Source of the DNA: Kiritimatiellia bacterium | GTDB taxonomy: Bacteria; Verrucomicrobiota; Kiritimatiellia; RFP12; UBA1067 | Assembly: GCA_046482825.1 (NCBI GenBank) | Contig: JAWOEI010000079.1 | Coordinates: 146 to 64,145 of the forward strand | Direction: 5' to 3' | DNA length: 64,000 nucleotides | Shown: piece by piece, positions 45,993-56,533 of the stretch | How positions within the stretch are numbered: the stretch's first letter is position 1 | How the letters are laid out: the number at the start of each line of letters is the position of its first letter | Notes under the pieces: generated by a model | Seen by the model: the letters and a program-made list of their open reading frames with translations, nothing else | Told to the model about the DNA's origin: nothing | Database searches by the model: none | Program-made: the position numbers and the translations under genes

Positions 45993-47852
45993 ATGAAAAA
46001 ATATCTGCTGTTTACATTGCTGTTGTTGACCGGCCGGCTTCCAGCCGCTACGTTTATGCTGGAGACCGAAGATTTTGCCGAAAAAGGGGGGTGGGTCGTT
46101 GACCAACAGTTCATGGATCAGATGGGGTCGCCTTTTCTTTTAGCTCATGGTCTGGGCAGGCCGGTAAGCGATGCGGTACAGAGTGTAGATATCAAGGAGG
46201 CGGGTTCATACCGCGTTCTCGCACGCACACGCAACTGGAATGCGGTCTGGAACAGTAATGCAGCAGCGGGACGTTTCCAGGTGCTGATCAACGGAAAAGT
46301 ATGTGGAGAGGAACTCGGCGGCAAGGGAGCCAACTGGCATTGGCAGGAGGCTGGATGTATAAAACTCAAAGAAGGTGCAGCTGAAATATCACTCCATGAT
46401 CTTACAGGATTTGACGGACGTTGCGATGCGATAATTCTGACAGATGACAGAACTTTTGTTCCGCCCGATGATATCGTAAAGCTTGAGGATTTCCGCTACG
46501 AATGCGGTGCTCTTAAAATGCCCGTCGGTGATAAGAAATTTGATCTGGTTGTTTCCGGCGGCGGTGTGGCGGGGGTCTGTGCAGCAGTATCCGCGGCGCG
46601 TCTCGGCCTGAAGGTTGCCCTGGTACAGGACCGTCCTGTCTGGGGAGGTAATAACAGTTCCGAGGTGCGGGTACACCTTGGCGGACGCGTCAATATCGGA
46701 CCGTATCCCGAACTCGGTGATGTCGTCAATGAAGTAGGTCCCGCCAGAAGCGGCAATGCCCGCCCCGCAGCTTGGTACGAAGATGAGCGTAAAAAGGCGG
46801 TTGTTAATGCCGAAAAGAATATAACACAGTTTCTTAATACCCGTGCAGTCCGTGTGGAGACGGAGGGATCGCGTATTAAAGCGGTTATCGGGCGTCATAT
46901 AGAAACCGGAACCGAAACCCGTTTTACCGCTCCGCTGTTCGCCGACTGTACCGGTGACGGGTGCGTGGGAATCGCTGCAGGTGCTGAATACCATTACGGC
47001 CGCGAAGCGCGTTCCGAGTTCAATGAGCCCACGGCTCCCGAAAAATCCGATTCCATGACAATGGGATCTTCAGTTCAATGGTACTCCAATGAAAGAGATG
47101 CGGATGTTGATTTTCCCGATATAAAATGGGGGCTGGATTTCAATGATGAAAACTGCGAGAACGTTAAAATGGGCGAGTGGACCTGGGAAACAGGTATGAA
47201 ATATCATCAGGTGGATGATTTCGAACGTGTGCGCGACTACGGAATGATGGTTGTTTTTTCCAACTGGTCACACTTGAAAAATCACTCCCGCTATAAAGAA
47301 CGTTACACAAAAAGCTCGCTCGACTGGGTGGCATACGTTGCCGGGAAGCGTGAGTCATACCGGTTGACGGGTGATCTGATACTTACAGAGAATGATTTGA
47401 TAAAGGATATCATCTATTCTGATGGCACGGCCTCTTCCACATGGACTATTGATCTGCACTATCCTGATCCGGAAAATACAGAAAACTTTCCCGGAGAGGA
47501 ATTCAAATCCATCTGCAAGCATATACCTATATATCCCTATCCGATTCCCTATCGCTGTCTTTATTCAAAAAATGTGGATAATCTATTTATGGCGGGACGC
47601 AACATCAGTGTGACTCATGTTGCCCTGGGAACAGTACGGGTGATGCGGACAACAGGCATGATGGGCGAGGTTGTCGGTATGGCCGCTTCTATCTGCGTCA
47701 AAAACACTTGTAAACCGCGCGGAGTTTATGAAAAACATCTGGCGGACCTCAGAAAACTGATGAAGAACGGTGTCGGACTAGGAGGCGATCATCCGCCGCA
47801 GACTTACAACATGGGACGTTGTAAAAAACGCGAAACACCGCTTGAACTGTGA
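45993..47852 (+). CDS. secreted FAD-dependent oxidoreductase (PF12831-like) with an N-terminal beta-sandwich module
   Basis: 619 aa with a signal peptide. Dinucleotide fold DLVVSGGGVAGVCAA. Confidence 0.65.
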   Translation: MKKYLLFTLLLLTGRLPAATFMLETEDFAEKGGWVVDQQFMDQMGSPFLLAHGLGRPVSDAVQSVDIKEAGSYRVLARTRNWNAVWNSNAAAGRFQVLINGKVCGEELGGKGANWHWQEAGCIKLKEGAAEISLHDLTGFDGRCDAIILTDDRTFVPPDDIVKLEDFRYECGALKMPVGDKKFDLVVSGGGVAGVCAAVSAARLGLKVALVQDRPVWGGNNSSEVRVHLGGRVNIGPYPELGDVVNEVGPARSGNARPAAWYEDERKKAVVNAEKNITQFLNTRAVRVETEGSRIKAVIGRHIETGTETRFTAPLFADCTGDGCVGIAAGAEYHYGREARSEFNEPTAPEKSDSMTMGSSVQWYSNERDADVDFPDIKWGLDFNDENCENVKMGEWTWETGMKYHQVDDFERVRDYGMMVVFSNWSHLKNHSRYKERYTKSSLDWVAYVAGKRESYRLTGDLILTENDLIKDIIYSDGTASSTWTIDLHYPDPENTENFPGEEFKSICKHIPIYPYPIPYRCLYSKNVDNLFMAGRNISVTHVALGTVRVMRTTGMMGEVVGMAASICVKNTCKPRGVYEKHLADLRKLMKNGVGLGGDHPPQTYNMGRCKKRETPLEL

Positions 47853-47953
47853 TTTATCGTGCTTTGCACTTTGCAGAAAGCGGAATGTGAAATGAAGAAT
47901 GTTGATCACTTCGTCTTTAAGGCAGATATGTTTGCCAAAAAGAACAATTCATT

Positions 47954-48898
47954 ATGCCGAAACATGAGATAGCTATATTTCTGGAGAGCAAAATTCCATG
48001 TTTCAGTTTTAAACAGCGACATCTGGAACGGATGAAATGCGAACTGCCTTATGCGATTCCGGCATGGTGCCGGAACCGCACAGATTTTCTGAGCGCCCTT
48101 CCCCATGCCCGAACAGCGCTTACATGGACATTTGAACAGGAGTGGTTCGATATTGCGCCTGAACTGTGCAAAATAGGAACACCGGCAGCAGGAAGGGATT
48201 TCTTTCATGTCACATCTGTGCCGCCACATATAGAGATCAGAAACGGCACCTTCCATGGTTCTGTGATTGCGGAAACAGCTCTGGGCATGCTGCTTGCGGT
48301 CAATCGCGGCATACTGAAAGCCTTCAGGCATCAGCTTAATGGTGAACTGTGGCCAGCAGAATATCTGTTCGACAGCCGTCTGATATATGATTCACATGCT
48401 GTCATCATCGGTTTCGGACATATAGGTTCGCACATAGGACACCGACTCAAATCTTTCGGTGTGCATATCACCGGAATAAAACGCAATGCCGATGTCATTC
48501 CTCCTGACTGGTTCGGGAAGGATGATTCCATCAGACCGCCGGAGGATCTGCACCCGGTCCTGAGTAAGGCCGATCATGTTATCGCGGTACTCCCTTCCGA
48601 TACCGCAACAGATGGCGTTCTTGGAAGGCAGGAATTTGAGATTATGCCTTCACATGCGGTTGTTTATAATTTCGGACGAGGAAACTGCATTGATGAAAAA
48701 GCACTGGCCTATGCCCTGCGGAACGGTGTGATTGCCGGCGCGTGTCTGGATGTGTTTGCGCGGGAACCTTTGAGTGCTGATTCTCCTCTTGCCGATAAAA
48801 ACCTTCCGGGTCTGTTGCGTATGCCGCATTCATCTGCTTTCTGTGACTCTTATATAGACTGTTTTCTAGATGAATTTACTGAGTGGATTAAAAACTGA
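47954..48898 (+). CDS. D-isomer-specific 2-hydroxyacid dehydrogenase family protein
   Basis: 314 aa. NAD fold IIGFGHIGSHIG. Catalytic-region layout with R...E...H (PHSSA). Confidence 0.75.
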   Translation: MPKHEIAIFLESKIPCFSFKQRHLERMKCELPYAIPAWCRNRTDFLSALPHARTALTWTFEQEWFDIAPELCKIGTPAAGRDFFHVTSVPPHIEIRNGTFHGSVIAETALGMLLAVNRGILKAFRHQLNGELWPAEYLFDSRLIYDSHAVIIGFGHIGSHIGHRLKSFGVHITGIKRNADVIPPDWFGKDDSIRPPEDLHPVLSKADHVIAVLPSDTATDGVLGRQEFEIMPSHAVVYNFGRGNCIDEKALAYALRNGVIAGACLDVFAREPLSADSPLADKNLPGLLRMPHSSAFCDSYIDCFLDEFTEWIKN

Positions 48899-48964
48899 GC
48901 TATGTTAAAACCCGTTATTGAGTTGTGATTCATCAGAAAACAACAGCAATCAACACTGAATTTT

Positions 48965-49396
48965 ATGCGGAAAATATACAAGATCAAGTCTGTAGAGGAA
49001 ACCTGGGATGCGGCAGCTGATGTTGCTAAGCTTCTGGTGCCCGGTTCTGTAATGGCCCTGCACGGAGACCTGGGAGCAGGGAAGACAACTTTTATGCAGG
49101 GAATCGCTATGGCTCTGAATATTGACCGTCCTGTGACGAGTCCTACATTCACCCTCTCCAATGAATATGACGCATCTGGATTTAAACTTGTCCATATGGA
49201 TCTTTATCGTCTTTCTGGCCCGGATGATCTGCTGGATATAGGTTACTGCGAGCATCTGGAGAACGGTGCTGCAGTTGCCCTGGAATGGCCGGAAAGGGCC
49301 GGGGAAATGCTGCCCCGTGACACCATTCATGTATTTTTTGAAATCGGTGAGTCCCCTGAAGAACGTATAGTCAGCATTGTAAAAAATGAAGACTGA
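48965..49396 (+). CDS. tsaE: tRNA threonylcarbamoyladenosine (t6A) biosynthesis ATPase TsaE
   Basis: 143 aa. P-loop LHGDLGAGKTTFMQG. SPTFTL and HMDLYRL motifs. Confidence 0.9.
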   Translation: MRKIYKIKSVEETWDAAADVAKLLVPGSVMALHGDLGAGKTTFMQGIAMALNIDRPVTSPTFTLSNEYDASGFKLVHMDLYRLSGPDDLLDIGYCEHLENGAAVALEWPERAGEMLPRDTIHVFFEIGESPEERIVSIVKNED

Positions 49397-49524
49397 CTAC
49401 ATGCTCTGCGTCTGCTGATAATACAGCGGCAAACCTCGCGGCGGAACATCCGGCATGACGCAACCATGCCGCAGAGAGCGTACATACCGGAAAACTGGCG
49501 GCCTGTATTGCAGATTTTACGATA

Positions 49525-50709
49525 TCAGCTGCTGTGTTTCTTTACAAATTCGCTGATTCTCACAACAGCCTCTTTCAATTCCTCCATGCCTGTCGCATAG
49601 GCACAGCGCAAAAAACCTTCGCCGCAGGAACCGAATGCGCTGCCGGGAACACAGGCAACGTTGTACTCCTCAAGCAGTTTCATCGCAAAATCATACGATG
49701 AAAGACCGGTTGTCTGTATGCTCGGAAAAACATAAAAAGATCCGCGCGGCATAAAACAGTCCAGCCCTATTTCATTAAGTGATTCAACAATGAAGTTCCG
49801 GCGGAACCTATATGATTCACGCATTCTGATCACCTCTTCCGCTCCGTTGCGCAATGCTTCAAGTCCGGCGACCTGACTGATGGACGAAGCACACATTATA
49901 CAGAACTGATGAATTTTCATCATGGCGTCGGTAAGCACCGGGGGAGCGCAGACATAACCGAGGCGGAAACCCGTCATGGACCAGGCCTTGGAAAAACCGT
50001 TGAGAAGTATCAGGCGATCCTTTATCCGGGGAATTGACGAAAATGATGTACGCGTTCCGTCATAGATCAGTTCCATATACACCTCATCCGATATCAGGAT
50101 GATATTATGCTTTATCGCGAAATCCGCCAGTGCTTCAACATCCTCCTGCCGCAGTACAGCGCCAGTAGGATTGTTGGGAAAATTCAAAAGCAAGGCCCGG
50201 GTTGCCGGCGTCACTTTTTTATCGAGTTCTTCTATCGTTATGCGGAATTCGTCCTTCCGGTAGGTTTCAACCGGTACGGGTATACCGTGCGCCATACTGA
50301 TCAGGGGGCCATACGCCACAAACGCCGGTTCGTGATAGAGAACTTCGTCACCGGGACGGATGATAGTGCGCAGCGCGATATCCAGAGCTTCACTCACACC
50401 GACTGTCACCAGAATTTCATGCTCGGGATCATATTGAGCATCAAAAGACTTTTCCATATAGGCGGCAATTTCACGTCGTAGCGCAGGCGTGCCGAGATTG
50501 GATGTGTAACGGGTGGATCCATTCTCTATGCTTTCCACTGTTTTGGCTCTGATATGCCATGGCGTACTGAAATCAGGCTCACCTATTCCAAGTGAGATCA
50601 CATCTTTACGGCTGGCTACAATATCAAAAAAATCGCGGATTCCGGATTTGGGCAGATTACTTATATGTTCTGCTACGAAATCAGGGACAGACCTTGAGTC
50701 GTTCGTCAT
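49525..50709 (-). CDS. class I/II pyridoxal-phosphate aminotransferase (aspartate/aromatic type)
   Basis: I prefer the ATG at 50709 (MTNDSRSV, SD GAGGG). PLP-Lys motif NGFSKAWSMTGFRLGY. NPTG motif present. Overlaps the upstream lrp 3' end by 29 nt. Confidence 0.85.
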   Translation of the reverse strand: MTNDSRSVPDFVAEHISNLPKSGIRDFFDIVASRKDVISLGIGEPDFSTPWHIRAKTVESIENGSTRYTSNLGTPALRREIAAYMEKSFDAQYDPEHEILVTVGVSEALDIALRTIIRPGDEVLYHEPAFVAYGPLISMAHGIPVPVETYRKDEFRITIEELDKKVTPATRALLLNFPNNPTGAVLRQEDVEALADFAIKHNIILISDEVYMELIYDGTRTSFSSIPRIKDRLILLNGFSKAWSMTGFRLGYVCAPPVLTDAMMKIHQFCIMCASSISQVAGLEALRNGAEEVIRMRESYRFRRNFIVESLNEIGLDCFMPRGSFYVFPSIQTTGLSSYDFAMKLLEEYNVACVPGSAFGSCGEGFLRCAYATGMEELKEAVVRISEFVKKHSS

Positions 50710-51160
50710 TGTTTTCCCTCTCCATAAGAACACCCTGGTCCTTATATGTTTTAAGCATAAAGTGGGTTGCTGTTGAAAGCACACCATCAATGTTTGCCAG
50801 ACGCGCACTCACAAAACCCGCCACTTCCTGCAGAGATGAACCTTTGACGAAAAGAAGAAGATCATAACCTCCTGACATGAGAAAAATTGATTCAACTTCA
50901 CTGAACTGGCCGATCCGTCTGGCAATACTGTCAAAACCGCCGTCATGCTGCGGGCGAACCCGAAGTTCAATAACCGCACGTACATCATCAGTATCGAGTT
51001 TATCCTCATTTATGATGGCTTTGAATGCGCGTATAATTCCTCTGGACTGCAACTCTTTTATGCGTTTTTCAACATCTTCAGCTGTGCTCCCCAGTTCTTT
51101 CGCAAGTATGTCACTGGATTCTCTGGCATTATCCGTTAACAGATCAAGTAATGGGTCCAT
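50681..51160 (-). CDS. lrp: Lrp/AsnC-family transcriptional regulator
   Basis: 159 aa. N-terminal HTH LLDLLTDNARESSDILAKELGSTAEDVEKRIKELQSRGII followed by a C-terminal RAM/ACT-like domain. Confidence 0.85.
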   Translation of the reverse strand: MDPLLDLLTDNARESSDILAKELGSTAEDVEKRIKELQSRGIIRAFKAIINEDKLDTDDVRAVIELRVRPQHDGGFDSIARRIGQFSEVESIFLMSGGYDLLLFVKGSSLQEVAGFVSARLANIDGVLSTATHFMLKTYKDQGVLMERENNDERLKVCP

Positions 51161-51320
51161 AATAAAAAACCTTTCGTTATTTATATGCGTCGTATTCTAA
51201 ACAATGATGCAGCTTGTAAGCAAGGATGAAGAATCAATTAGTCTTCCATAACAGCAATGAAGCTGGTAATATACTGAACTTTAGAAGTCGGCAAGTCTCC
51301 GCATTTATCAGGTCTGTTAT

Positions 51321-52286
51321 ATGAATGTAATCAAGCTTTCTGAATATATCGAAACATTGGAAAAAAACCGTAAACCATGGCAGAAGAATTACTACGCCAT
51401 GTATTCCAGTCTGCTCAGGGGCGTGGTCACCGACCCTGTGTTGATGCAGGTTCCTCTTGACGACCATCTTGTCCACCGCGGTGACGGGGTTTTTGATACC
51501 TTCAAGTGCGTCAACCGCGGGGCATACAACCTTGACTCACATCTCAGACGATTAATCCGTTCAGCATTTTCGACAGGACTGCGATGGCCCGGCGGTATAG
51601 ATGAGATCAGAAAACTGACTGTTGAAACGCTGAAGGTAGCCGACAGAGACAACTGTTCCGCAAGGATTATTCTTGCCCGCGGTCCCGGCAGTTACAGCGT
51701 AAGCCCTTACGACAGCGACGGTCCTTCACTTTATATTGTCGTCTATACCGCAGGAACCCCTTTCATGGAACGCAAACCTGAAGGCGCCGATGTACGCCGG
51801 AGTCATATCCCGGTAAAACCTGCCGAGTTCGCCACTGTAAAGAACTGCAATTACCTTCCCAATGTGATGATGAAGCGTGAAGCTGTGGACTGGGGAGTTG
51901 ATTTTGTGGTCGGTTTTGATGAAAACGGTTTTATGACAGAGGGAGCCACAGAGAATTTCGGAATTGTCACAGACAGTAAAGACCTTGTTTTCCCGCGCAT
52001 GCGGAAAATCCTCAGCGGCACCACCATGAAACGCACCATGGAATTCGCCCGGGAACTGGTCGGAAAAGGAATACTGGAGTCTGTCGGCTTCGGCGATATT
52101 ACACTGGACGATGTGAATGGCGCCCGTGAACTGCTGATTGTCGGTACAACACTTAATGTGGTATGCGCCAGGAGTTTTGATGGAAGGCCTGTCGGAAACG
52201 GACGGCCCGGCAGGACAGGACTTACCCTGAACCGTATGGTTGCCGATGATATAAGAAGCAACGCTGAGCTGAGAACCGAGTATTAG
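51321..52286 (+). CDS. class IV (fold type IV) aminotransferase: branched-chain/D-amino-acid aminotransferase or aminodeoxychorismate lyase-like
   Basis: 321 aa. HRGDGVFDT and TEGATENFGIV motifs. Substrate cannot be assigned by eye. Confidence 0.75.
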   Translation: MNVIKLSEYIETLEKNRKPWQKNYYAMYSSLLRGVVTDPVLMQVPLDDHLVHRGDGVFDTFKCVNRGAYNLDSHLRRLIRSAFSTGLRWPGGIDEIRKLTVETLKVADRDNCSARIILARGPGSYSVSPYDSDGPSLYIVVYTAGTPFMERKPEGADVRRSHIPVKPAEFATVKNCNYLPNVMMKREAVDWGVDFVVGFDENGFMTEGATENFGIVTDSKDLVFPRMRKILSGTTMKRTMEFARELVGKGILESVGFGDITLDDVNGARELLIVGTTLNVVCARSFDGRPVGNGRPGRTGLTLNRMVADDIRSNAELRTEY

Positions 52287-52426
52287 GAATGCTGATAATG
52301 CGCAGGTTATCAACTACGTAGAAACAAAAAATGAAAACTTTTTACATGCTTCAACAACCCGTATCTTTCTGCGCTTTGCGTATTGAAATTTGTTCAGACT
52401 ACAGACAACACCGAGGAAAAAGATAA

Positions 52427-55400
52427 ATGAGACCGTTACAACTGAAGGGAACAAACGTTTTTTCAAAATTCAGACTCGACTCCCTGTCTACTGCCTTGAA
52501 GAATGCTTTAGTATGCGGTGACGATATACAAATCGAGTCCAATTATATCTACCTGCTTGAGACAGACGGAGATCCTGACACCCGGACCATAGAACGAGCC
52601 TGCACTCTGCTTGATGCCCGGCAGTTTAACGGTTTTGAAAGGGGATTCTATATTACACCGCGTAAAGGAACAATATCCCCCTGGTCATCCAAAGCGACAG
52701 ATATATTTGTGAACTGCGGTATTACTTCAGTAAAGCGTGTTGAACGCGGCGTGCATCTGGTTATTACTGTAAACAACGAGGAACTGTCTTCGGCTCAGCT
52801 TGCAGATGCTTACGACCTACTGCATGATCGAATGACAGAAGGTCTGTATGTTGATATTGATGACATTTTTGACCATCTTCCTCCGGCGAAAGGTGTTGTA
52901 TTCAATATTCTCGAAGAAGGCCTTACAGCGCTTGAAAAAGCCAATGTGAAAATGGGGCTTGCACTTAGCAGAAACGAGATCGAATATCTCTACAGCTATT
53001 TTTCAAAAGAGAAGCGCAACCCTACGGATACCGAGCTGGTTATGTTCGGTCAGGTGAATTCTGAACACTGTCGGCATAAGATATTCAATGCCGACTGGAT
53101 TGTTGATGGTGAAAAAAAGGAGCTTTCCCTGTTCGGAATGATCAGAAATTCACATAAGTCCAATCCGGGAGGTACTCTGGTTGCATATGCGGATAATTCC
53201 GGTGTTATGGAAGGGTTCAGGACAGCCGGGTTTGCTATCGACGGCCGGAGCGGAAAATACCAATTCAAGGATAAACAGATTGATATCCTGATGAAGGTTG
53301 AAACACACAACCACCCGACAGCCATATCTCCTTTCCCGGGTGCTGCAACCGGTGTAGGTGGCGAAATCCGTGATGAGGCGGCCACGGGAACCGGATCAAA
53401 AACCAAGGCGGGAATAGCCGGATTTATGGTTTCAGATCTCAGAATTCCCGGATTTGCAATGCCGTGGGAGAAAGATTATGCGGAATTTCCTTCCCGCCTC
53501 GCGACACCGCTGGAGATAATGACAGACGGTCCTGTAGGAGGAGCATCATTCGGAAATGAGTTCGGCCGCCCGCAACTCTGCGGTTTTTTCCGTACTTATG
53601 AAGAGATGGTATGTGAGCGTTACATCGGGTATCACAAACCCATTATGCTCGCAGGCGGTATGGGAAATATATACAGGGATCAGGTTTACAAGAAACATCT
53701 TAAGCCTGATTTTCTGATTGTGCAGATAGGCGGACCCGCGATGCGCATAGGACTGGGTGGCGGCGCTGCTTCCTCAATGGATACCGGCAGCAACGATGAA
53801 TCTCTGGATTTTGATTCCGTACAGCGCGGCAATGCCGAGATAGAACGACGATGTCAGGAGGTTATCGACGCCTGTGCTGCCATGGGAGAGGATAATCCTG
53901 TTGTCAGCATTCACGATATCGGTGCCGGAGGTCTTTCCAACGGCTGCCCTGAACTGGTGGAGGAAACCGGAGCCGAATTTGATCTGCGGACTATTCACAA
54001 TGAAGAGCCGTCAATGAATCCCATGGAAATATGGTGCTGTGAGGCTCAGGAAAGATATGTGCTGTCCATTGCACCAGAGAACAGACAGATGTTTGAAGAT
54101 ATCTGCCGGCGTGAACGGTGTCCGGTGGCTTTCATAGGTACTGCCCGCATTGACAGACGTCTGATTGTAAATGATACATATTTCAATGATAAACCCATTG
54201 ACATGGATATTAACGTTCTGCTGAGTAAACCGCCTAAGGGTCTTCGCGATGTCAGGCGTTCGGATATCATGCCGCCGGCTCTTGACTTCGATTCCGTAAA
54301 ACCCATAGATGCGCTGGAACGTGTTCTGCAGCTTCCTGCTGTTGCTGATAAAACTTTTCTGATTACCATTACCGATCGCACCGTGACCGGCATGGTGCAC
54401 CGTGATCAGATGTGCGGACCATACCAGCTTCCTGTAGCCGATTCCGCAGTGACTATCACAGGTTATAAGTGCTTTACAGGTGAGGCCATGTCCACCGGGG
54501 AACGTACTCCGGTGGCTTTGATAAGCGGTCCCGCATCAGCACGTATGGCGGTTGGTGAATCTCTTACCAATATCGCCTGCAACAATATAGGCGCAATTGG
54601 AAATATCAAGCTTTCGGCAAACTGGATGTGTGCCTGCGGTGAAGAGGGGGAGGATGCGCGTCTGTTTGATACAGTCCGGACAATCGGCATGGAGTTATGT
54701 CCTGATCTGGGTATTTCAGTGCCGGTCGGGAAAGATTCTCTTTCTATGCGTACCGTATGGAAGGATAAAAATAAAAAGCAGCACAAACAACGGGCACCGC
54801 TGTCTCTGATTGTCAGCGCTTTTTCCCCCGTGTCAGATGTGCGCAAAAGCGTTTCACCTGATTTAAAACCCGGCGAGTCCAAACTTATCCTTGTCGATCT
54901 CGCTTGCGGAAAAAACCGTCTGGGGGCAAGTGCTCTGGCACAGGTTTACAACCAGACAGGCACTGAAACACCTGATCTGATGAATCCTGCAGTTCTTAAA
55001 ACATTCTTTGAAACTATGCAGGAACTGGTGGAAAAAGAGCTTCTGCTGGCTTACCACGACCGCTCGGACGGCGGTGTTGCCGCAACACTGGCTGAGATGG
55101 CTTTCAGCGGGGGGCGAGGCATAAAAGCGGAGTTGTCCGGCAATGATATTCTCGCTGCTCTGTTCAGCGAAGAACTCGGTGCAGTTCTGCAGGTTGCTTC
55201 AGACAATGTGACTGAAGTGACTGACCTTTTTAAACAACACGGACTGAACGGAGACTTTATTTCTGTCATAGGTTATGTTGAAGACAATCGTGAATTCACT
55301 GTCTCCGTTGGCGGAGAAACTGCAATTAAAACCAATATCACCTGGCTGCGCAGAAAATGGTCGGCATTGACCTGTCGGATGCAGGCGCTGCGCGACAATC

Positions 55401-56290
55401 CTGATTGCGCCTGGCAGGAATATGACAACGGTCTTGATGAGAACGATTCCGGAATGCAGTTTGAATTAACTTATAATCCGGATGAAAACACGACAGGAAC
55501 AGTGGAAATGCTGAACCGGAAACCGCGTATGGCTATCCTCAGGGAACAGGGAATCAACGGACATGTTGAAATGGCGGCCGCCTTTGCTCTGGCCGGTTTT
55601 GATCCTGCGGACGTCCACATGACGGACCTGCTGAACGGAAGAGCAGATCTTGCGGATTTCTGCGGGCTGGCCGCCTGCGGCGGGTTTTCCTACGGTGATG
55701 TTCTCGGGGCCGGTTCAGGATGGGCGCGCAGTATTCTTTACAATGCGGAACTTGTGCAGATGTTCAAAACATTTTTTGAACGTCTGGATACATTTACACT
55801 GGGTGTCTGCAATGGGTGCCAGATGGTTTCACAGCTCAAGGATATTGTGCCGGGTGCAGCGCACTGGCCGCGTTTTGTGCGCAATGCATCCGAACAGTTT
55901 GAAGGACGTTACGCTACGGTCGAAATTCTGGAGTCACCATCTGTCCTGCTCAAAGGCATGCAGGGATCACGTGTTCCTGTTGCGGTTGCCCATGGAGAGG
56001 GGCGGGTCGAATTCGCGGATGCCGCCAACGACGCTTCCGCACTGGCCGCCCTGCGCTATGTTGATGGACGAGGAGAGCCGACAGAGCGTTACCCCTGGAA
56101 TCCCAACGGATCCAAAGGAGGCTTGACCGGATTCACCACAGATGATGGACGTGCAACCATTATGATGCCGCACCCCGAACGCGGATTCCGTTCCGCTCAG
56201 CTTTCCTACAAGCCAGACAATATATTCACTGATGAGGCCGGTCCCTGGATGCGCATGTTTCATAACGCCTTTGCGTTTGTAAACAGATGA
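52427..56290 (+). CDS. purL: phosphoribosylformylglycinamidine synthase, single-chain large form
   Basis: 1287 aa. FGQVNSEHCRHK. C-terminal glutaminase with GVCNGCQM and PHPER. Confidence 0.95.
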   Translation: MRPLQLKGTNVFSKFRLDSLSTALKNALVCGDDIQIESNYIYLLETDGDPDTRTIERACTLLDARQFNGFERGFYITPRKGTISPWSSKATDIFVNCGITSVKRVERGVHLVITVNNEELSSAQLADAYDLLHDRMTEGLYVDIDDIFDHLPPAKGVVFNILEEGLTALEKANVKMGLALSRNEIEYLYSYFSKEKRNPTDTELVMFGQVNSEHCRHKIFNADWIVDGEKKELSLFGMIRNSHKSNPGGTLVAYADNSGVMEGFRTAGFAIDGRSGKYQFKDKQIDILMKVETHNHPTAISPFPGAATGVGGEIRDEAATGTGSKTKAGIAGFMVSDLRIPGFAMPWEKDYAEFPSRLATPLEIMTDGPVGGASFGNEFGRPQLCGFFRTYEEMVCERYIGYHKPIMLAGGMGNIYRDQVYKKHLKPDFLIVQIGGPAMRIGLGGGAASSMDTGSNDESLDFDSVQRGNAEIERRCQEVIDACAAMGEDNPVVSIHDIGAGGLSNGCPELVEETGAEFDLRTIHNEEPSMNPMEIWCCEAQERYVLSIAPENRQMFEDICRRERCPVAFIGTARIDRRLIVNDTYFNDKPIDMDINVLLSKPPKGLRDVRRSDIMPPALDFDSVKPIDALERVLQLPAVADKTFLITITDRTVTGMVHRDQMCGPYQLPVADSAVTITGYKCFTGEAMSTGERTPVALISGPASARMAVGESLTNIACNNIGAIGNIKLSANWMCACGEEGEDARLFDTVRTIGMELCPDLGISVPVGKDSLSMRTVWKDKNKKQHKQRAPLSLIVSAFSPVSDVRKSVSPDLKPGESKLILVDLACGKNRLGASALAQVYNQTGTETPDLMNPAVLKTFFETMQELVEKELLLAYHDRSDGGVAATLAEMAFSGGRGIKAELSGNDILAALFSEELGAVLQVASDNVTEVTDLFKQHGLNGDFISVIGYVEDNREFTVSVGGETAIKTNITWLRRKWSALTCRMQALRDNPDCAWQEYDNGLDENDSGMQFELTYNPDENTTGTVEMLNRKPRMAILREQGINGHVEMAAAFALAGFDPADVHMTDLLNGRADLADFCGLAACGGFSYGDVLGAGSGWARSILYNAELVQMFKTFFERLDTFTLGVCNGCQMVSQLKDIVPGAAHWPRFVRNASEQFEGRYATVEILESPSVLLKGMQGSRVPVAVAHGEGRVEFADAANDASALAALRYVDGRGEPTERYPWNPNGSKGGLTGFTTDDGRATIMMPHPERGFRSAQLSYKPDNIFTDEAGPWMRMFHNAFAFVNR

Positions 56291-56418
56291 AGATGCTTTC
56301 ACGGTTTTCATGCTTGTTTGCACTTGGTTTTTTGCCTGTCGCTGTTGAGATGTGCATTCCTGAAAAAGCTTACACGTACGGCACAATCAGGCGGAAATAT
56401 GTCTTTTCAATCCTTTTG

Positions 56419-56459
56419 AAACGCAGAGCGTTTTTTATTGCCGTTAACGGTTTTTTTTT
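56419..56459 (+). terminator. probable terminator region after purL (two small hairpins, each followed by T-runs)
   Basis: AAACGC-AGA-GCGTTT followed by T-run (56419-56436), then palindrome CCGTTAACGG (56441-56450) followed by T9. The stems are short. Confidence 0.4.
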
Positions 56460-56533
56460 ATAATCTTAATTATTCAGCGTACTTACATGAAGTTTTAAGA
56501 ACAAATGAATGCTATCGTGAAAGGAGCATATCA

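Noticed and set aside
47906-48331. A 141-aa minus-strand ORF overlapping the start of the 2-hydroxyacid dehydrogenase
   Set aside because: The product is Cys/Arg-rich and motif-free. The plus-strand frame continues into the NAD-binding GFGHIGSHIG fold.
49451-49471. A GC-rich hairpin CGGCATG-N7-CATGCCG between the convergent tsaE and aminotransferase genes
   Set aside because: The 7-bp stem has no U-run on either strand, so I cannot support a terminator call. It is probably incidental.
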